Positions 38,239 to 48,949 are shown, counted from the stretch's first letter. The stretch: DNA of 64,000 nt from an uncultured Spirochaetota bacterium (GCA_963783575.1 CAWAOD010000018.1:128001-192000); one strand, 5' to 3'. Notes: generated by a model not told the origin, from the sequence alone. Translations and numbers: made by a program.

Positions 38239-38934
38239 ATGAAACTATATACAGGAACAAGCGGGTTCAGCTACAAAGAATGGATTGGTAATTTTTATCC
38301 CGAAGACATAAAGCCGGCAGATATGCTCGGATATTATGCAGGACAGCTTGGAATTGTCGAGATAAACAATACCTTTTACAGAATGCCGAAAAAAGAGGTC
38401 CTGGAGCATTGGAAAGAGGAGACCCCCGGGGATTTTTTATTCAGCATCAAGGCGTCACAGAAGATAACCCATAAGAAGATGCTGTCAAACGCGGAAGAGG
38501 AGACAAACTATCTTCTGGAAAACCTGAAAGTCCTGGAAAAAAGTCTTGGAGCCATCCTCTTCCAGTTCCCGCCCTGGTTTAAAAAAAACAGCGAGCGTCT
38601 TTCAAATTTCCTGGCAATTCTACCGCAGGATATTCCCACTGTCTTTGAGTTCCGTGACGACACATGGTATGATGATGATATTGCCGGACTCTTAAAGAAA
38701 CGTAATTTCATATTCTGCTTCAGTGATATGGATGAAAAAAAAACGCCGGAGATCATCAGTACAGCGAACTGGGGATATCTCAGGCTCAGGCGGCAAGAAT
38801 ATTCGGACGAAGACCTAAAAATTTGGGTAAAGGTTATCAAGGCACGGGATTGGGAAAAGGTGCTGGTTTTTTTTAAGCATGAGGACGCGGGGAGCGGCCC
38901 GGTGCTTGCGAAGAAATTTGCCGAAATGTTTTGA
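38239..38934 (+). CDS. DUF72 (YecE-like) protein
   Basis: GTSGFSY, VEINNTFY, KASQKITH, LFQFPP, FEFR, YLRLR. Confidence 0.92.
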   Translation: MKLYTGTSGFSYKEWIGNFYPEDIKPADMLGYYAGQLGIVEINNTFYRMPKKEVLEHWKEETPGDFLFSIKASQKITHKKMLSNAEEETNYLLENLKVLEKSLGAILFQFPPWFKKNSERLSNFLAILPQDIPTVFEFRDDTWYDDDIAGLLKKRNFIFCFSDMDEKKTPEIISTANWGYLRLRRQEYSDEDLKIWVKVIKARDWEKVLVFFKHEDAGSGPVLAKKFAEMF

Positions 38935-39044
38935 GGAAAGGGACACCAAAGGGATGGAAACCCTTTTATTGGGGGTGTCAAGAGGACTTCAAGTCCTTTG
39001 GCAGGGTCAGGGGATCATTTAAATCTATGCAGAGGAGGTAAATT

Positions 39045-39893
39045 ATGCCGCATCCTATCTGGAAGGGTCATATAGCTTTCGGGCTGGTCAGTATACCGGT
39101 TACTCTTTTTACTGCGATAAACGAATCCAGTAAAGCTCCGGCTTTTCATTTTATTGATAAACGTAACAATAAACGAGTTAAAAACTTGAGAATAAACGAG
39201 GAAACCGGCGAGGAAGTACCCTGGGAGGAAGTCGTCAAGGGGTATGAATATGAAAAGGACAAATTCGTTATCCTTAGCGATGCCGATTTTGACAGTGCCG
39301 CCGTTGAAGCCAACCAGGTCATAAATATCGAGGATTTTGTGGATCGGGCTGAAATAAGTCCCATGCTGTATCATAAACCTTATTACCTGGTCAGCGAAAA
39401 AAAGGATGAAAAGGGATATGTCCTTCTTAGGGAAATTTTAAAAAAAACAAATAAGGTGGGAATCGCCAGGGTTGTTATCAGCAAGAGGCAATACCTGTCC
39501 GCAATTATTCCCCTGGATAACGCGCTGGTTATGGAACTATTATTGTTCAATAATGAAATTAAGGAATTAAAGGAATTTGAATTCCCGGGAGAATCTCCGG
39601 TAAAAGCAAAAATCAGCGAAAGCGAAATGAATATTGCAGAGAAACTGATTGAAATGATGAGCGGTAGCTGGCAGCCTGAAAAATATCAGGATGATTACAC
39701 TGAAAACCTCTACCGGCTGATCGACAAAAAAATCAAACAACCGAAAGCTGTTATTCGGGCGGGTAAAGTTCGAGTGGTTTCCGAATACACCGATTTTATG
39801 GATATATTGAAAAAGAGCGTCGAGCAAAAAGAGAAAATAATTAATATTGCTAATACTGGTAAAAACGGAAAAAACCGTAAAAAGACTGCCTGA
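39045..39893 (+). CDS. ku: NHEJ Ku protein
   Basis: IWKGHIAFGLVSIPV, VKGYEY, PYYL, PEKYQDDY. Confidence 0.96.
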   Translation: MPHPIWKGHIAFGLVSIPVTLFTAINESSKAPAFHFIDKRNNKRVKNLRINEETGEEVPWEEVVKGYEYEKDKFVILSDADFDSAAVEANQVINIEDFVDRAEISPMLYHKPYYLVSEKKDEKGYVLLREILKKTNKVGIARVVISKRQYLSAIIPLDNALVMELLLFNNEIKELKEFEFPGESPVKAKISESEMNIAEKLIEMMSGSWQPEKYQDDYTENLYRLIDKKIKQPKAVIRAGKVRVVSEYTDFMDILKKSVEQKEKIINIANTGKNGKNRKKTA

Positions 39894-39906
39894 AAGGAGT
39901 ATAGAA

Positions 39907-42396
39907 ATGCCTCTTACCGATTATAGAAAAAAAAGGGCTTTTTCCAGGACATCCGAGCCTAGGGGCAGCATTAAAAGGACTTCCGAAAACAATCGCTTTG
40001 TCATACACAAACATGCTGCGCGGAGACTTCATTATGATCTCAGGCTGGAAATCGACGGCGTTCTGAAAAGCTGGGCCGTTCCTAAAGGCCCAAGCCTTAC
40101 AGCTCTTGAAAAAAGGCTTGCGGTAAATGTGGAAGATCATCCCATGGAATATCTTGATTTTGAAGGCCATATTCCCGGCGGGGAATATGGGGCAGGTGAT
40201 GTAATCATTTGGGACATGGGAAAATGGCAATCAATGGAGGAAAATCCCGCGAAGGCTTATGAAAGCGGTAAGATCAAATTTATCCTTCGGGGGGAAAAGC
40301 TCAAGGGATTATGGATGCTGGTAAAGATGAAGGGGGATGGGAAGCAATGGCTTCTGTTTAAGGACGCGGATGAATTCAGTTCCGATGAGGATATACTTGA
40401 AAAAGAACCGGGAAGTGTTATCTCACAGCCAAGGATTCCAGGCAAAAAAAGACATGGAAAACGCTCCGGTTCCAAAGAAGGAACACCAGATCTTGCAGTT
40501 ATTCCCAATGCTTTTAAAGCTCCCCTGCCAAAAAGTATTAAACCGCAGCTGGCGTTGCATCTTGAAAAGCCGCCAATTGGTGAATCATGGCTTTACGAGA
40601 TCAAATATGACGGCTATCGCCTCCTTTGCATAATCGATCATGGAAAAGTAAAACTAATCACCAGGAATGGATACGACTGGACCGATAAATTTATTAAGCT
40701 GGCTGAAATCATCCGGAAAATCCCCATAGAAAGCGGAATACTGGACGGGGAACTCACTGTCACCGATGAAAGGGGAATCAGCAATTTCCAGCTTCTGCAA
40801 AATGCGATAAGTGACGGAAAAACTGACAATCTTCAGTATTTTGCCGTTGATATCCCCTATTATAACGGCTACAGCCTGAAACAAACCCCACTGATTGAAA
40901 GAAAAAAACTGCTCAAACGGATTCTGGGCGATTTTGACAATGGCGCCATCATATACAGCGAACACCTGGCAGGGCATGCCGGGGAAGTCCTGAAAAGCGC
41001 CTGCCGGCTTGGCCTGGAAGGCATAATGGCAAAGGATGCGTCCAGCGGTTATGAGGAAAAGCGGACAAAAAGCTGGATTAAAGTAAAATGTGTCAAACAG
41101 CAGGAATTTGTTATCGGCGGATATACGGAACCGGCAGGAAGCCGGGAGAAATTCGGGGCCCTTCTCCTGGGGTATTATAAGGATAGTAAATTCATATACT
41201 GCGGAAAAGTAGGGACCGGCTTTGACGATAAAACATTAAACTCTATCTATCAAAAACTCAAGCCCCTTAAAATCTCAAAGTCACCGTTCGTTAATTTAAA
41301 AACCACTGAAGGCGCCTTTTGGGTTAAACCCGACCTGGTAGCCGAGGTTGCTTTTATGAACTGGACTGAGGATTCGCTGCTCAGGCAGGCCTCGTTCAGG
41401 GGATTAAGGGAGGATAAAAACCCAGGGGAAATCGTTCTGGAACAGGCGGAACCGGCCGGAAATATTCAACACATTCCAAAAAGAGCATATTCCCCAGTAA
41501 TTGCAGGCATTACAGTCACCCATCCCGAAAAAGTTCTGTTTAAAGACCAGGGCATTACAAAATTCGATCTGGCTGCTTATTATGAGAAAATCGCGGACTG
41601 GATGCTTCCACATATCGCCGGCCGTCCGCTGGTACTAGTCCGCTGTCCTGGGAATATTAACAAATGTTTTTTTCAAAAACATCCAGTGGAATCACTGCCG
41701 GATTCAATTAAAGAATTTGAGCTTCAAAAGAAAAATTCAGTCAAATCATATATTTATATTGATAATATCAAATCCCTTATGGCATTGGTACAGTATGACG
41801 TAATCGAATTTCATATAATGGACAGTGCGGTTCTGCATCCGGATAAACCGGACCGTATGGTTTTCGACCTGGACCCCGGCCCTGAAGTTGAACCTGAGGC
41901 TGTCACCGCGGCGGCATTAAATCTAAAGGAACTACTCCTCGGTTACAAACTTGAGAGCTTTGTGAAAACCACGGGAGGAAAAGGTCTCCATCTGGTTATC
42001 CCGATCGAATATTCATTGGGCATTGATGAAGTAAAAGAAATTTCCCATTTCATTGCGGATAAATTGGTGGAAAGATGGCCTACCTTATTGACATCCGTCA
42101 TGTCCAAAGAAAAACGGAAAGGCAAGATATTTATCGATTATTTTAGAAATACCGCGGGCGCTTCCTGGGCGGCGCCCTATACGGTCAGGGCAAGGCCCAA
42201 TGCGCCAGTTTCCATGCCTGTAAATTGGGATGAACTGACCGAAGATTTAAAATTCGATCAATTTACACTGCTCAACCTGGATGAACGTTTAAAAATTTTA
42301 AAAAAAGACCCCTGGCAGGATATTTTTACGATACACCAGAAAATACCTAAGTCTCTAATAAAAAGCCTGAAAAATAACCCTACTGGAAACGAATAA
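39907..42396 (+). CDS. ligD: NHEJ DNA ligase D (phosphoesterase-ligase-polymerase)
   Basis: HAARRLHYDLRLE..KSWAVPKGP (PE), EIKYDGYR (ligase Lys), FDLDPG and KTTGGKGLH (Pol). Confidence 0.96.
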   Translation: MPLTDYRKKRAFSRTSEPRGSIKRTSENNRFVIHKHAARRLHYDLRLEIDGVLKSWAVPKGPSLTALEKRLAVNVEDHPMEYLDFEGHIPGGEYGAGDVIIWDMGKWQSMEENPAKAYESGKIKFILRGEKLKGLWMLVKMKGDGKQWLLFKDADEFSSDEDILEKEPGSVISQPRIPGKKRHGKRSGSKEGTPDLAVIPNAFKAPLPKSIKPQLALHLEKPPIGESWLYEIKYDGYRLLCIIDHGKVKLITRNGYDWTDKFIKLAEIIRKIPIESGILDGELTVTDERGISNFQLLQNAISDGKTDNLQYFAVDIPYYNGYSLKQTPLIERKKLLKRILGDFDNGAIIYSEHLAGHAGEVLKSACRLGLEGIMAKDASSGYEEKRTKSWIKVKCVKQQEFVIGGYTEPAGSREKFGALLLGYYKDSKFIYCGKVGTGFDDKTLNSIYQKLKPLKISKSPFVNLKTTEGAFWVKPDLVAEVAFMNWTEDSLLRQASFRGLREDKNPGEIVLEQAEPAGNIQHIPKRAYSPVIAGITVTHPEKVLFKDQGITKFDLAAYYEKIADWMLPHIAGRPLVLVRCPGNINKCFFQKHPVESLPDSIKEFELQKKNSVKSYIYIDNIKSLMALVQYDVIEFHIMDSAVLHPDKPDRMVFDLDPGPEVEPEAVTAAALNLKELLLGYKLESFVKTTGGKGLHLVIPIEYSLGIDEVKEISHFIADKLVERWPTLLTSVMSKEKRKGKIFIDYFRNTAGASWAAPYTVRARPNAPVSMPVNWDELTEDLKFDQFTLLNLDERLKILKKDPWQDIFTIHQKIPKSLIKSLKNNPTGNE

Positions 42397-42446
42397 AAAA
42401 ATGATAATAAAATTATTAGTTGCCTACAGTAATTGATATTTTTAAA

Positions 42447-43742
42447 TTATTTATCTTTATTCATAAAATCTTCAATCTTATTCAATGCCCTGACGCTGCA
42501 GAATTCTCCGCACATAGTACAGAAATCCTTGCCGTTCGCGCCGCTTTCCTTTCTTCTTTGCCCAGCCATTTCGGGATTTATTGAGAGTTTTATCATTGTA
42601 TCCCAATCAAGTTTTTTCCGTGCTTTCGACATTTCATTATCGATTTTCCGGTATTTTTGTCCGTATTTCACCATATCAGCGGCATGGGCCGCAATCTTTG
42701 AAGCGATAACGCCTTCGCGAACATCATCGATAGTCGGCAGGCACAAATGCTCGGCGGGTGTTACATAACAGAGGAAATCGGCCCCCACCGAAGCGGCTAA
42801 AGCTCCTCCTATCGCGCCTGAGATATGATCATAACCGGCGGCTATATCCGTTACAAGCGGTCCCAGAATGTAAAAAGGCGCGTCATCGCAAAGGGTTTTT
42901 TCAAGTTTAATGTTTGTTTCTATCTGATCAAGGGGAACATGCCCGGGGCCTTCTATCATCACCTGTACATTGGCTTCCCTTGCCCTTTTAGCCAGGTTAC
43001 CAAGCGTAATAAGCTCGTCAATCTGCGCCCTGTCTGACGCGTCGGCGGTCGCCCCGGGGCGCATACCGTCTCCAAGGCTTATTGTCATATCATACCTGTA
43101 CGCAATTTCAAGAATTCTATCGAATTCAGTAAACAACGGGTTTTCAGCCCTGTTATACTCCATCCAGAGGCAGAGCATCGAACCCCCGCGGCTAACAACA
43201 TCCAATATGCGTGTTTTCTGCCTGATCAATTCCCAGGCTTTCCTGGTAACACCTGCATGGATTGTTACAAAATCAACTCCCTCCTTCCCCTGCTGTTCCA
43301 GTACTGACAAATAATCCTTAATTTCCATTTCCTGAATATTCATCTTTTTTTTGGACAGCTCAAAACCGGCTTGATAAATTGGCACGGTACCAACCGGAAC
43401 TGTTGATTTTTCAATTATCTTTTTTCTAACAACATTAAGAACTGATCCAAGGCTTAAATCCATAACCGTATCGGCGCCATACTTTACTGAAGCGTCAAGT
43501 TTATCGAGTTCTTCATTTACATCCATTTTTTCAGGTGAAGTTCCGATATTTGAATTGATTTTAGTTGAAAGACCATTACCAACCCCAACAGGTTTAATAT
43601 TATGGATTTTATTTTTGAGAACAACAATCTTTCCAAGAGAAATGCCCTGCATTAAAACATCCTGAGGCACATCCTCCCTTTCCGCAATATAAGCCATCTC
43701 CGGGGTAATAATCCCTTTTTTTGCCGATTCTATTTGTGTCAT
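42447..43742 (-). CDS. thiC: Phosphomethylpyrimidine synthase
   Basis: KINSNIGTS, VSRGGS, EGPGH, CYVTPAEH, CTMCGEFC. Confidence 0.97.
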   Translation of the reverse strand: MTQIESAKKGIITPEMAYIAEREDVPQDVLMQGISLGKIVVLKNKIHNIKPVGVGNGLSTKINSNIGTSPEKMDVNEELDKLDASVKYGADTVMDLSLGSVLNVVRKKIIEKSTVPVGTVPIYQAGFELSKKKMNIQEMEIKDYLSVLEQQGKEGVDFVTIHAGVTRKAWELIRQKTRILDVVSRGGSMLCLWMEYNRAENPLFTEFDRILEIAYRYDMTISLGDGMRPGATADASDRAQIDELITLGNLAKRAREANVQVMIEGPGHVPLDQIETNIKLEKTLCDDAPFYILGPLVTDIAAGYDHISGAIGGALAASVGADFLCYVTPAEHLCLPTIDDVREGVIASKIAAHAADMVKYGQKYRKIDNEMSKARKKLDWDTMIKLSINPEMAGQRRKESGANGKDFCTMCGEFCSVRALNKIEDFMNKDK

Positions 43743-44551
43743 TAATTTACTCCTGATAAAATATGATGCGGAAGAGGGCCGTTTCCCCTTCCAATCTCAA
43801 GTTCACGTGAAGCCGAAATCAATTTTGCCGTAAAATCAACTGCAAGCCTTACAGCATTAATAATGTCATAATTTTTTGCCAGATAAGCCGTGATGGCGGA
43901 TGAAAACGTACAACCGGTACCATGAGTGTTTTTCGATTGAATTCTTTTATGCAAAAAACTTAATTTTTCAATATTTTTATTATTATTATATACTAATGTA
44001 TCAACAATTTCTTCTTTATCTTCGTCAATATGGCCGCCTTTTACAACAACAGCTTTAAGTTTTTTGTATTTCTTTAACAGAATCTCCCCGGCTTTTATTG
44101 GATCATCAACTGAATTCCCGGTTAACATCATTAATTCATAATAATTCGGTGTTATTACAGAAGATTTTTTTATTATAAATTCTTCAACAATTTCAATTGA
44201 TGATGCATCCATTAAAGGATACCCGCTTTTAGAAAACATGACCGGATCAAAAACAACAAAATAATCATCAATCAATTCACTGACAGCTTCTGCAATATCT
44301 GCATTTCCAAGCATACCGATTTTTATGAAGGAAATATCAATATCCTTCAGAACAGCCTCTATTTCGCGTTTAACAAATTCACCATTTAAAAACAATACAT
44401 CTTTTACCGTCTGCGTATTTTGTATTGAGAGGCACGTAACAGCGGCGCAACCATAAACTCCGAGGGCTGTAAATGTTTTAATGTCTGCCTGAATACCGGC
44501 ACCGCCCGATGGGTCTGAACCGGCTATCGAAAGAACATTTTTATATTCCAT
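43742..44551 (-). CDS. thiD: Hydroxymethylpyrimidine/phosphomethylpyrimidine kinase
   Basis: IAGSDPSGGAGIQADIKT, KGGH, THGTGCTFSSA. Confidence 0.96.
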   Translation of the reverse strand: MEYKNVLSIAGSDPSGGAGIQADIKTFTALGVYGCAAVTCLSIQNTQTVKDVLFLNGEFVKREIEAVLKDIDISFIKIGMLGNADIAEAVSELIDDYFVVFDPVMFSKSGYPLMDASSIEIVEEFIIKKSSVITPNYYELMMLTGNSVDDPIKAGEILLKKYKKLKAVVVKGGHIDEDKEEIVDTLVYNNNKNIEKLSFLHKRIQSKNTHGTGCTFSSAITAYLAKNYDIINAVRLAVDFTAKLISASRELEIGRGNGPLPHHILSGVN

Positions 44552-44562
44552 TATATAATATC

Positions 44563-45546
44563 CTATTTTGTAAAAATGATTTCCGAATCAGGCCCAATAT
44601 TGAATTCTCTTGGTGCTTCTGATAAATATGAATTGTCACCGATCAATGAATTTTCCAGCATTGTATTTTCCACAGTAGTTTCAAAACCAAGGATAGAATT
44701 CCTTATAATGGCATTCTTAACTGAACTGCCTTCGGTTACAGAAACATTCGGACCGATTATTGAATTTTCAATTCTAGTATTATTGCCTATAAAAACAGGG
44801 GGAATTATTATACTACCGGGAATCCTGTCATTGGTTGCGTAACGTTCAAGCATCACGCGGTTTGTATCAAGAAGTGAATATTTCTCTCCGCAATCATACC
44901 ATTCCGGCACATTAAATACCTTAAATTTATCTCCCTTATACATCATTCTTTTCATAGCATCGGTAAGCTGATACTCATTCATTGTTTTTATTTTTTCAGT
45001 CATAATGAATTTAATCGCATCAAACAGTTTATAAGCGCTTTTGAAATAGTATATCCCGGAAATCGCCAGATTGGTAGGAGGTACTTCGGGTTTTTCTATC
45101 ATATTTGTAACCATGTTGTTTTTATCAATCATAACTATACCAAACTTCTTGGGGTTATCAACTTTCATTATTCCAATGCAGTTTTCCTGTGATTCCGTAA
45201 CAGCAGAAATATCCGCTGAAAAAATAATATCACCTAACAATATTAATGCTGATTCATCCTCCTTAAAATGTTCCTTCGCATGTTCAACTGCATGCCCCGG
45301 ACCATGATATTCCACCTGTCTAACAAATTTCATTGGAAAATGATAGGTCTCCAGAAGATAATCACGGATCTGGTCTCCAAGATGGCCGATAATAAATATT
45401 ATTTCAGAGAATTCGATACCCTGGATTTGTTCTATTATATAACTGATAATGGGCTTACCTGCAACCCTTATCAATGATTTGGGCGTAGCATGCGTATGCG
45501 GCCTTAAGCGTGTTCCCCTTCCTGCGATGGGCATAATAATCTTCAT
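44563..45546 (-). CDS. Sugar-1-phosphate nucleotidyltransferase (glucose-1-P thymidylyltransferase-like) with left-handed beta-helix tail
   Basis: AGRGTRLRPHT..PK, EKP, WYDCG and hexapeptide repeats. Confidence 0.88.
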   Translation of the reverse strand: MKIIMPIAGRGTRLRPHTHATPKSLIRVAGKPIISYIIEQIQGIEFSEIIFIIGHLGDQIRDYLLETYHFPMKFVRQVEYHGPGHAVEHAKEHFKEDESALILLGDIIFSADISAVTESQENCIGIMKVDNPKKFGIVMIDKNNMVTNMIEKPEVPPTNLAISGIYYFKSAYKLFDAIKFIMTEKIKTMNEYQLTDAMKRMMYKGDKFKVFNVPEWYDCGEKYSLLDTNRVMLERYATNDRIPGSIIIPPVFIGNNTRIENSIIGPNVSVTEGSSVKNAIIRNSILGFETTVENTMLENSLIGDNSYLSEAPREFNIGPDSEIIFTK

Positions 45547-45720
45547 GCAAAGCCTCCAGTATATTTCTCATGATTATATTATAATTAATAAAAAATAAGA
45601 AGTAAATAAATAAACCTTTCTTGTAAATATGCATATATTAACAAATCTTGATAAAAGTCAAATTATTTGGTATAATCTTATGTTTAACAAGTGTATCGTG
45701 GTCCCTGAGCCCTTCGACAG

Positions 45721-47411
45721 CAGACTGTGTGAAAACACAGTAAATATGCTATAATTATTAGAACAAAAATAATCGGAGTAAAAGATGAAGCATATTGAGG
45801 GAGAATCAAGGGATCAGATAGTTCTGTTCAATGAAACACTGGAAGATCTGTTAGGAGAAGAAGATCCGGTAAGGTTTATAGATATTTTTGTTGATAAGCT
45901 AAATATGAAAGGAGTTGGTTTTAAAGTAAAAGAAGCATCAACCGGCAGAAGTTCATATAAATCCGAAATACTTTTAAAAATCTATATTTACGGATATTTG
46001 AATAAAATCAGGACAAGCAGGAAATTAGAGAGAGAGTGCCGAAGAAACACAGAGTTGATGTGGCTGACTGGACGACTAGCGCCGGATTTCAAGACGATTG
46101 CCGACTTCAGGAAAGATAATAAGAAGGGAATACAGTCGATATTCAGAGAATTTTTGAAGATATGTCATAAAGCCGGGCTTTTATCATTTGACGTGGTTGG
46201 AATAGATGGAACCAAGATCAGTGCGCAAAACCACAATAACAATGTTTATCATAGGAAAAACATAGAAGAAATCATACATAGAATAGATCAAAAGATCGAA
46301 GAATATTTGAATGAGATGGATAAGAACGATAAGGAAGAAAAGAATGAATTTGAATTTCTTTCCGGAAAGATAGCGGAACGTTTAAAGAAAATGAAAACAA
46401 AAAAGGATAAAGTTGAGGCTATTAAAAAGATTTTTGAGGGAAATCCTGAAATGGAGAAATATTATTCAAATGACCCGGAAAGCCGGTTTATGAATGATAA
46501 AGGGAAATCCGACATTGCATATAATCTGCAGATGGCAGTAGATGATGCGAATAAACTGATTGTGGCGATTGATGTGACGAATGAAAACAATGATATCAAA
46601 CAGATGGCAGGAATGTGTGACCGAGTAGAAGAAATAAAGGACGAGCTTAAGGTAGAGACTGAAACGGTCAAAGTATCGGATGCCGGTTATTACAGCGAAC
46701 CGCAGATACTGGAATGTATAGATAAGGGACATAACGTATATATGCCGAATCCGGATGACGGACATAAGGCAAGGATTCGAGGCAAAGAAGATAATAAAGG
46801 AGTACCTGCTGAAGAATACCAGGTTGATAAATTCAAATATGATCCGGGACAAAATGTTTATTATTGTCCGGAGGGAAACCCATTAGTGAGAAATGGGAAA
46901 AAAGTAGAGAAGGTCAATGGAGGAAAAGAGATAGTCAGGTACAAGTGCGGCTTATGCAGCCAATGTGAAGTAAGAAATAAGTGTACTGAAAGCGTGGAAG
47001 GACGAAGTATCAAAGTACCAGTTAGAAAAGAAGAAATTGAGAACTTCAAGAGGAAAATTCGTTCTGAAGCCGGGAAAAAGATCATAGAGAAAAGGAAAGA
47101 GATATGTGAACATCCATTTGGATCGATAAAAAGGAATATGGGTTACAGTTATTTTTTAATGAAGGGAAAGGATGGCGTTCTGACGGAATCCAGTTTGGCA
47201 GGATTCATTCATAATTTAATAAAAGTATTGAATATATTGGGAATAAAGAGACTTATGACTCTGGTTTGATGCTAATAAACCATCGTTTATCGTATTCGGA
47301 TAGATTTTTTAAACTAAGATTTTTTTAGCTTGAAAAATATATCAAAAAATGGAGTTTTTGTATAATTAATCGATTTTACTATAAAATTTTACTGAGTTTT
47401 CACACAGTCTG
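45721..47411 (+). mobile_element. IS1182-family insertion sequence, copy 1 (1691 bp)
   Basis: 16-bp terminal IRs CAGACTGTGTGAAAAC / GTTTTCACACAGTCTG around a single transposase; second copy at 50176-51866. Confidence 0.92.
45785..47269 (+). CDS. IS1182-family DDE transposase
   Basis: LKIYIYGY...SRKLE...WL..PDFKTIADFR, IDGTKI, DAGY, CP.G/CxxC, EHPFGSIK. Confidence 0.93.
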   Translation: MKHIEGESRDQIVLFNETLEDLLGEEDPVRFIDIFVDKLNMKGVGFKVKEASTGRSSYKSEILLKIYIYGYLNKIRTSRKLERECRRNTELMWLTGRLAPDFKTIADFRKDNKKGIQSIFREFLKICHKAGLLSFDVVGIDGTKISAQNHNNNVYHRKNIEEIIHRIDQKIEEYLNEMDKNDKEEKNEFEFLSGKIAERLKKMKTKKDKVEAIKKIFEGNPEMEKYYSNDPESRFMNDKGKSDIAYNLQMAVDDANKLIVAIDVTNENNDIKQMAGMCDRVEEIKDELKVETETVKVSDAGYYSEPQILECIDKGHNVYMPNPDDGHKARIRGKEDNKGVPAEEYQVDKFKYDPGQNVYYCPEGNPLVRNGKKVEKVNGGKEIVRYKCGLCSQCEVRNKCTESVEGRSIKVPVRKEEIENFKRKIRSEAGKKIIEKRKEICEHPFGSIKRNMGYSYFLMKGKDGVLTESSLAGFIHNLIKVLNILGIKRLMTLV

Positions 47412-47560
47412 CAAGCTCAGGGCAGGATCTGTCGAACGGGCTTGACCATGATGATGCAGTTTAGTTTGTAGGTTTACCATGATATTTACTGTATTACCTA
47501 TCAAGTTGGCTTCCCTGAAGAAAGTTAAAGGGTCAGTTATAAAAACCGGGAGTATGATTA

Positions 47561-48949
47561 ATGAAGTCAATCATAATGGCAGGAGGCAGTGGAACAAGGT
47601 TATGGCCATTGTCCCGAAAGAATTTTCCCAAACAGTTTTTATCTTTGGTTGACGGAAAAAGCTTTATACAGATATCTGCCGGAAGAATGTCTTTAATGTC
47701 AGCCGTTAACGACATTTATGTTGTCGCTGGCGAGGAATATCAGTACACAATTATTGAACATCTTTCAAAACAGCTTCAATGCAATTTTAAAAATCTTATC
47801 CTGGAGCCTTCCGGCAGAAATACCGCACCGGCAATAGCATTAACAATAAAATATCTGTTAGAGAAAGAACTTGCCGATCCAAAAGAAGTTATCTTTTTTT
47901 CACCGTCCGATCATATAATCCACTCCGAAAAGCAATTTATCAAATATGTTAAGGATGCTGAAAATCTTGCTAAAGAAAGTATTGTAACTTTTGGAATCAT
48001 ACCTGATAAGCCTGAAACAGGTTATGGTTATATTGAATTGGGCAAACAGATTTCTAGTAATGCATTCTATGTTGATAAATTTATTGAGAAACCGGATAAG
48101 GAACATGCCGAAAAATATTTAAAATCCGGTAATTATTTATGGAATTCAGGCATGTTTATGTTTTCAATCGAGGTTATTCTTAAGGCTTTTGAGGAATTCG
48201 CACCGGAGTTTTATAAAATCATAAAAGAATGGGATTATTCATCGATTATAGCAAATTACGATAAGCTGCCTTCAATATCTATCGATTATGCCATTATGGA
48301 AAAGGTCAATAATATTGTCTGCAAAAAAGTTTCAATAAAATGGAACGATATCGGCTCCTGGGATTCTCTCTATGAAATTTTCCCAAAAGATAATAAAAAC
48401 AATGTAATTCTGGGGGATGTAGAAACGCTGAATGTTGAAAACAGCCTTATTATCAGCCAGAATAAGCTTACCGCTTTAATTGGAGTAACCGATATTGCCG
48501 TTATTGAGACTCCTGATGCAATTTTGATAAGCGACAGAAAGCAAACTCAAAATGTTAAAGAAATTGTTAATATTCTAAAAGATAAAAAAAGAAAAGAGGC
48601 TTATGACCACCTGACAACTTATCGCCCATGGGGAAAATATACCATTCTTGAAGAATCGGAGCGATATAAAATAAAAAAAATCACTGTTAATCAGGGGTCA
48701 TCATTAAGCCTGCAGAGGCATGCTCACAGAAGCGAACACTGGATTGTTGTTAAAGGAACCGCTTTAGTCGTAATTGACGGACGGGAATTATTTATTCATG
48801 AAAATGAGAGCACCTTCATACCAAAATCATCTCTGCATCGTCTCTCGAATCCCGGTAAACTACCGCTTGAAATTATTGAAGTTCAGAATGGGGAATATGT
48901 AGGTGAAGATGATATAGAACGGATTGACGATAATTACGGGAGAAAATAA
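47561..48949 (+). CDS. manC: Mannose-1-phosphate guanylyltransferase / mannose-6-phosphate isomerase
   Basis: MAGGSGTRLWPLSR..PKQF, EPSGRNTAPA, SIDYAIME, RPWG and the cupin motif LQRHAHRSEHW. Confidence 0.95.
   Translation: MKSIIMAGGSGTRLWPLSRKNFPKQFLSLVDGKSFIQISAGRMSLMSAVNDIYVVAGEEYQYTIIEHLSKQLQCNFKNLILEPSGRNTAPAIALTIKYLLEKELADPKEVIFFSPSDHIIHSEKQFIKYVKDAENLAKESIVTFGIIPDKPETGYGYIELGKQISSNAFYVDKFIEKPDKEHAEKYLKSGNYLWNSGMFMFSIEVILKAFEEFAPEFYKIIKEWDYSSIIANYDKLPSISIDYAIMEKVNNIVCKKVSIKWNDIGSWDSLYEIFPKDNKNNVILGDVETLNVENSLIISQNKLTALIGVTDIAVIETPDAILISDRKQTQNVKEIVNILKDKKRKEAYDHLTTYRPWGKYTILEESERYKIKKITVNQGSSLSLQRHAHRSEHWIVVKGTALVVIDGRELFIHENESTFIPKSSLHRLSNPGKLPLEIIEVQNGEYVGEDDIERIDDNYGRK

Noticed and set aside
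43799..43814. Third parS (AAGTTCACGTGAAGCC)
   Set aside because: Only the central 10 bp match and the flanks deviate. It lies inside thiD, far from parB.
47330..47366. Outward-facing promoter at the IS right end (TTGAAA...TATAAT)
   Set aside because: The spacing is about 25 bp, too long for a sigma70 promoter; only the -10 box is convincing.
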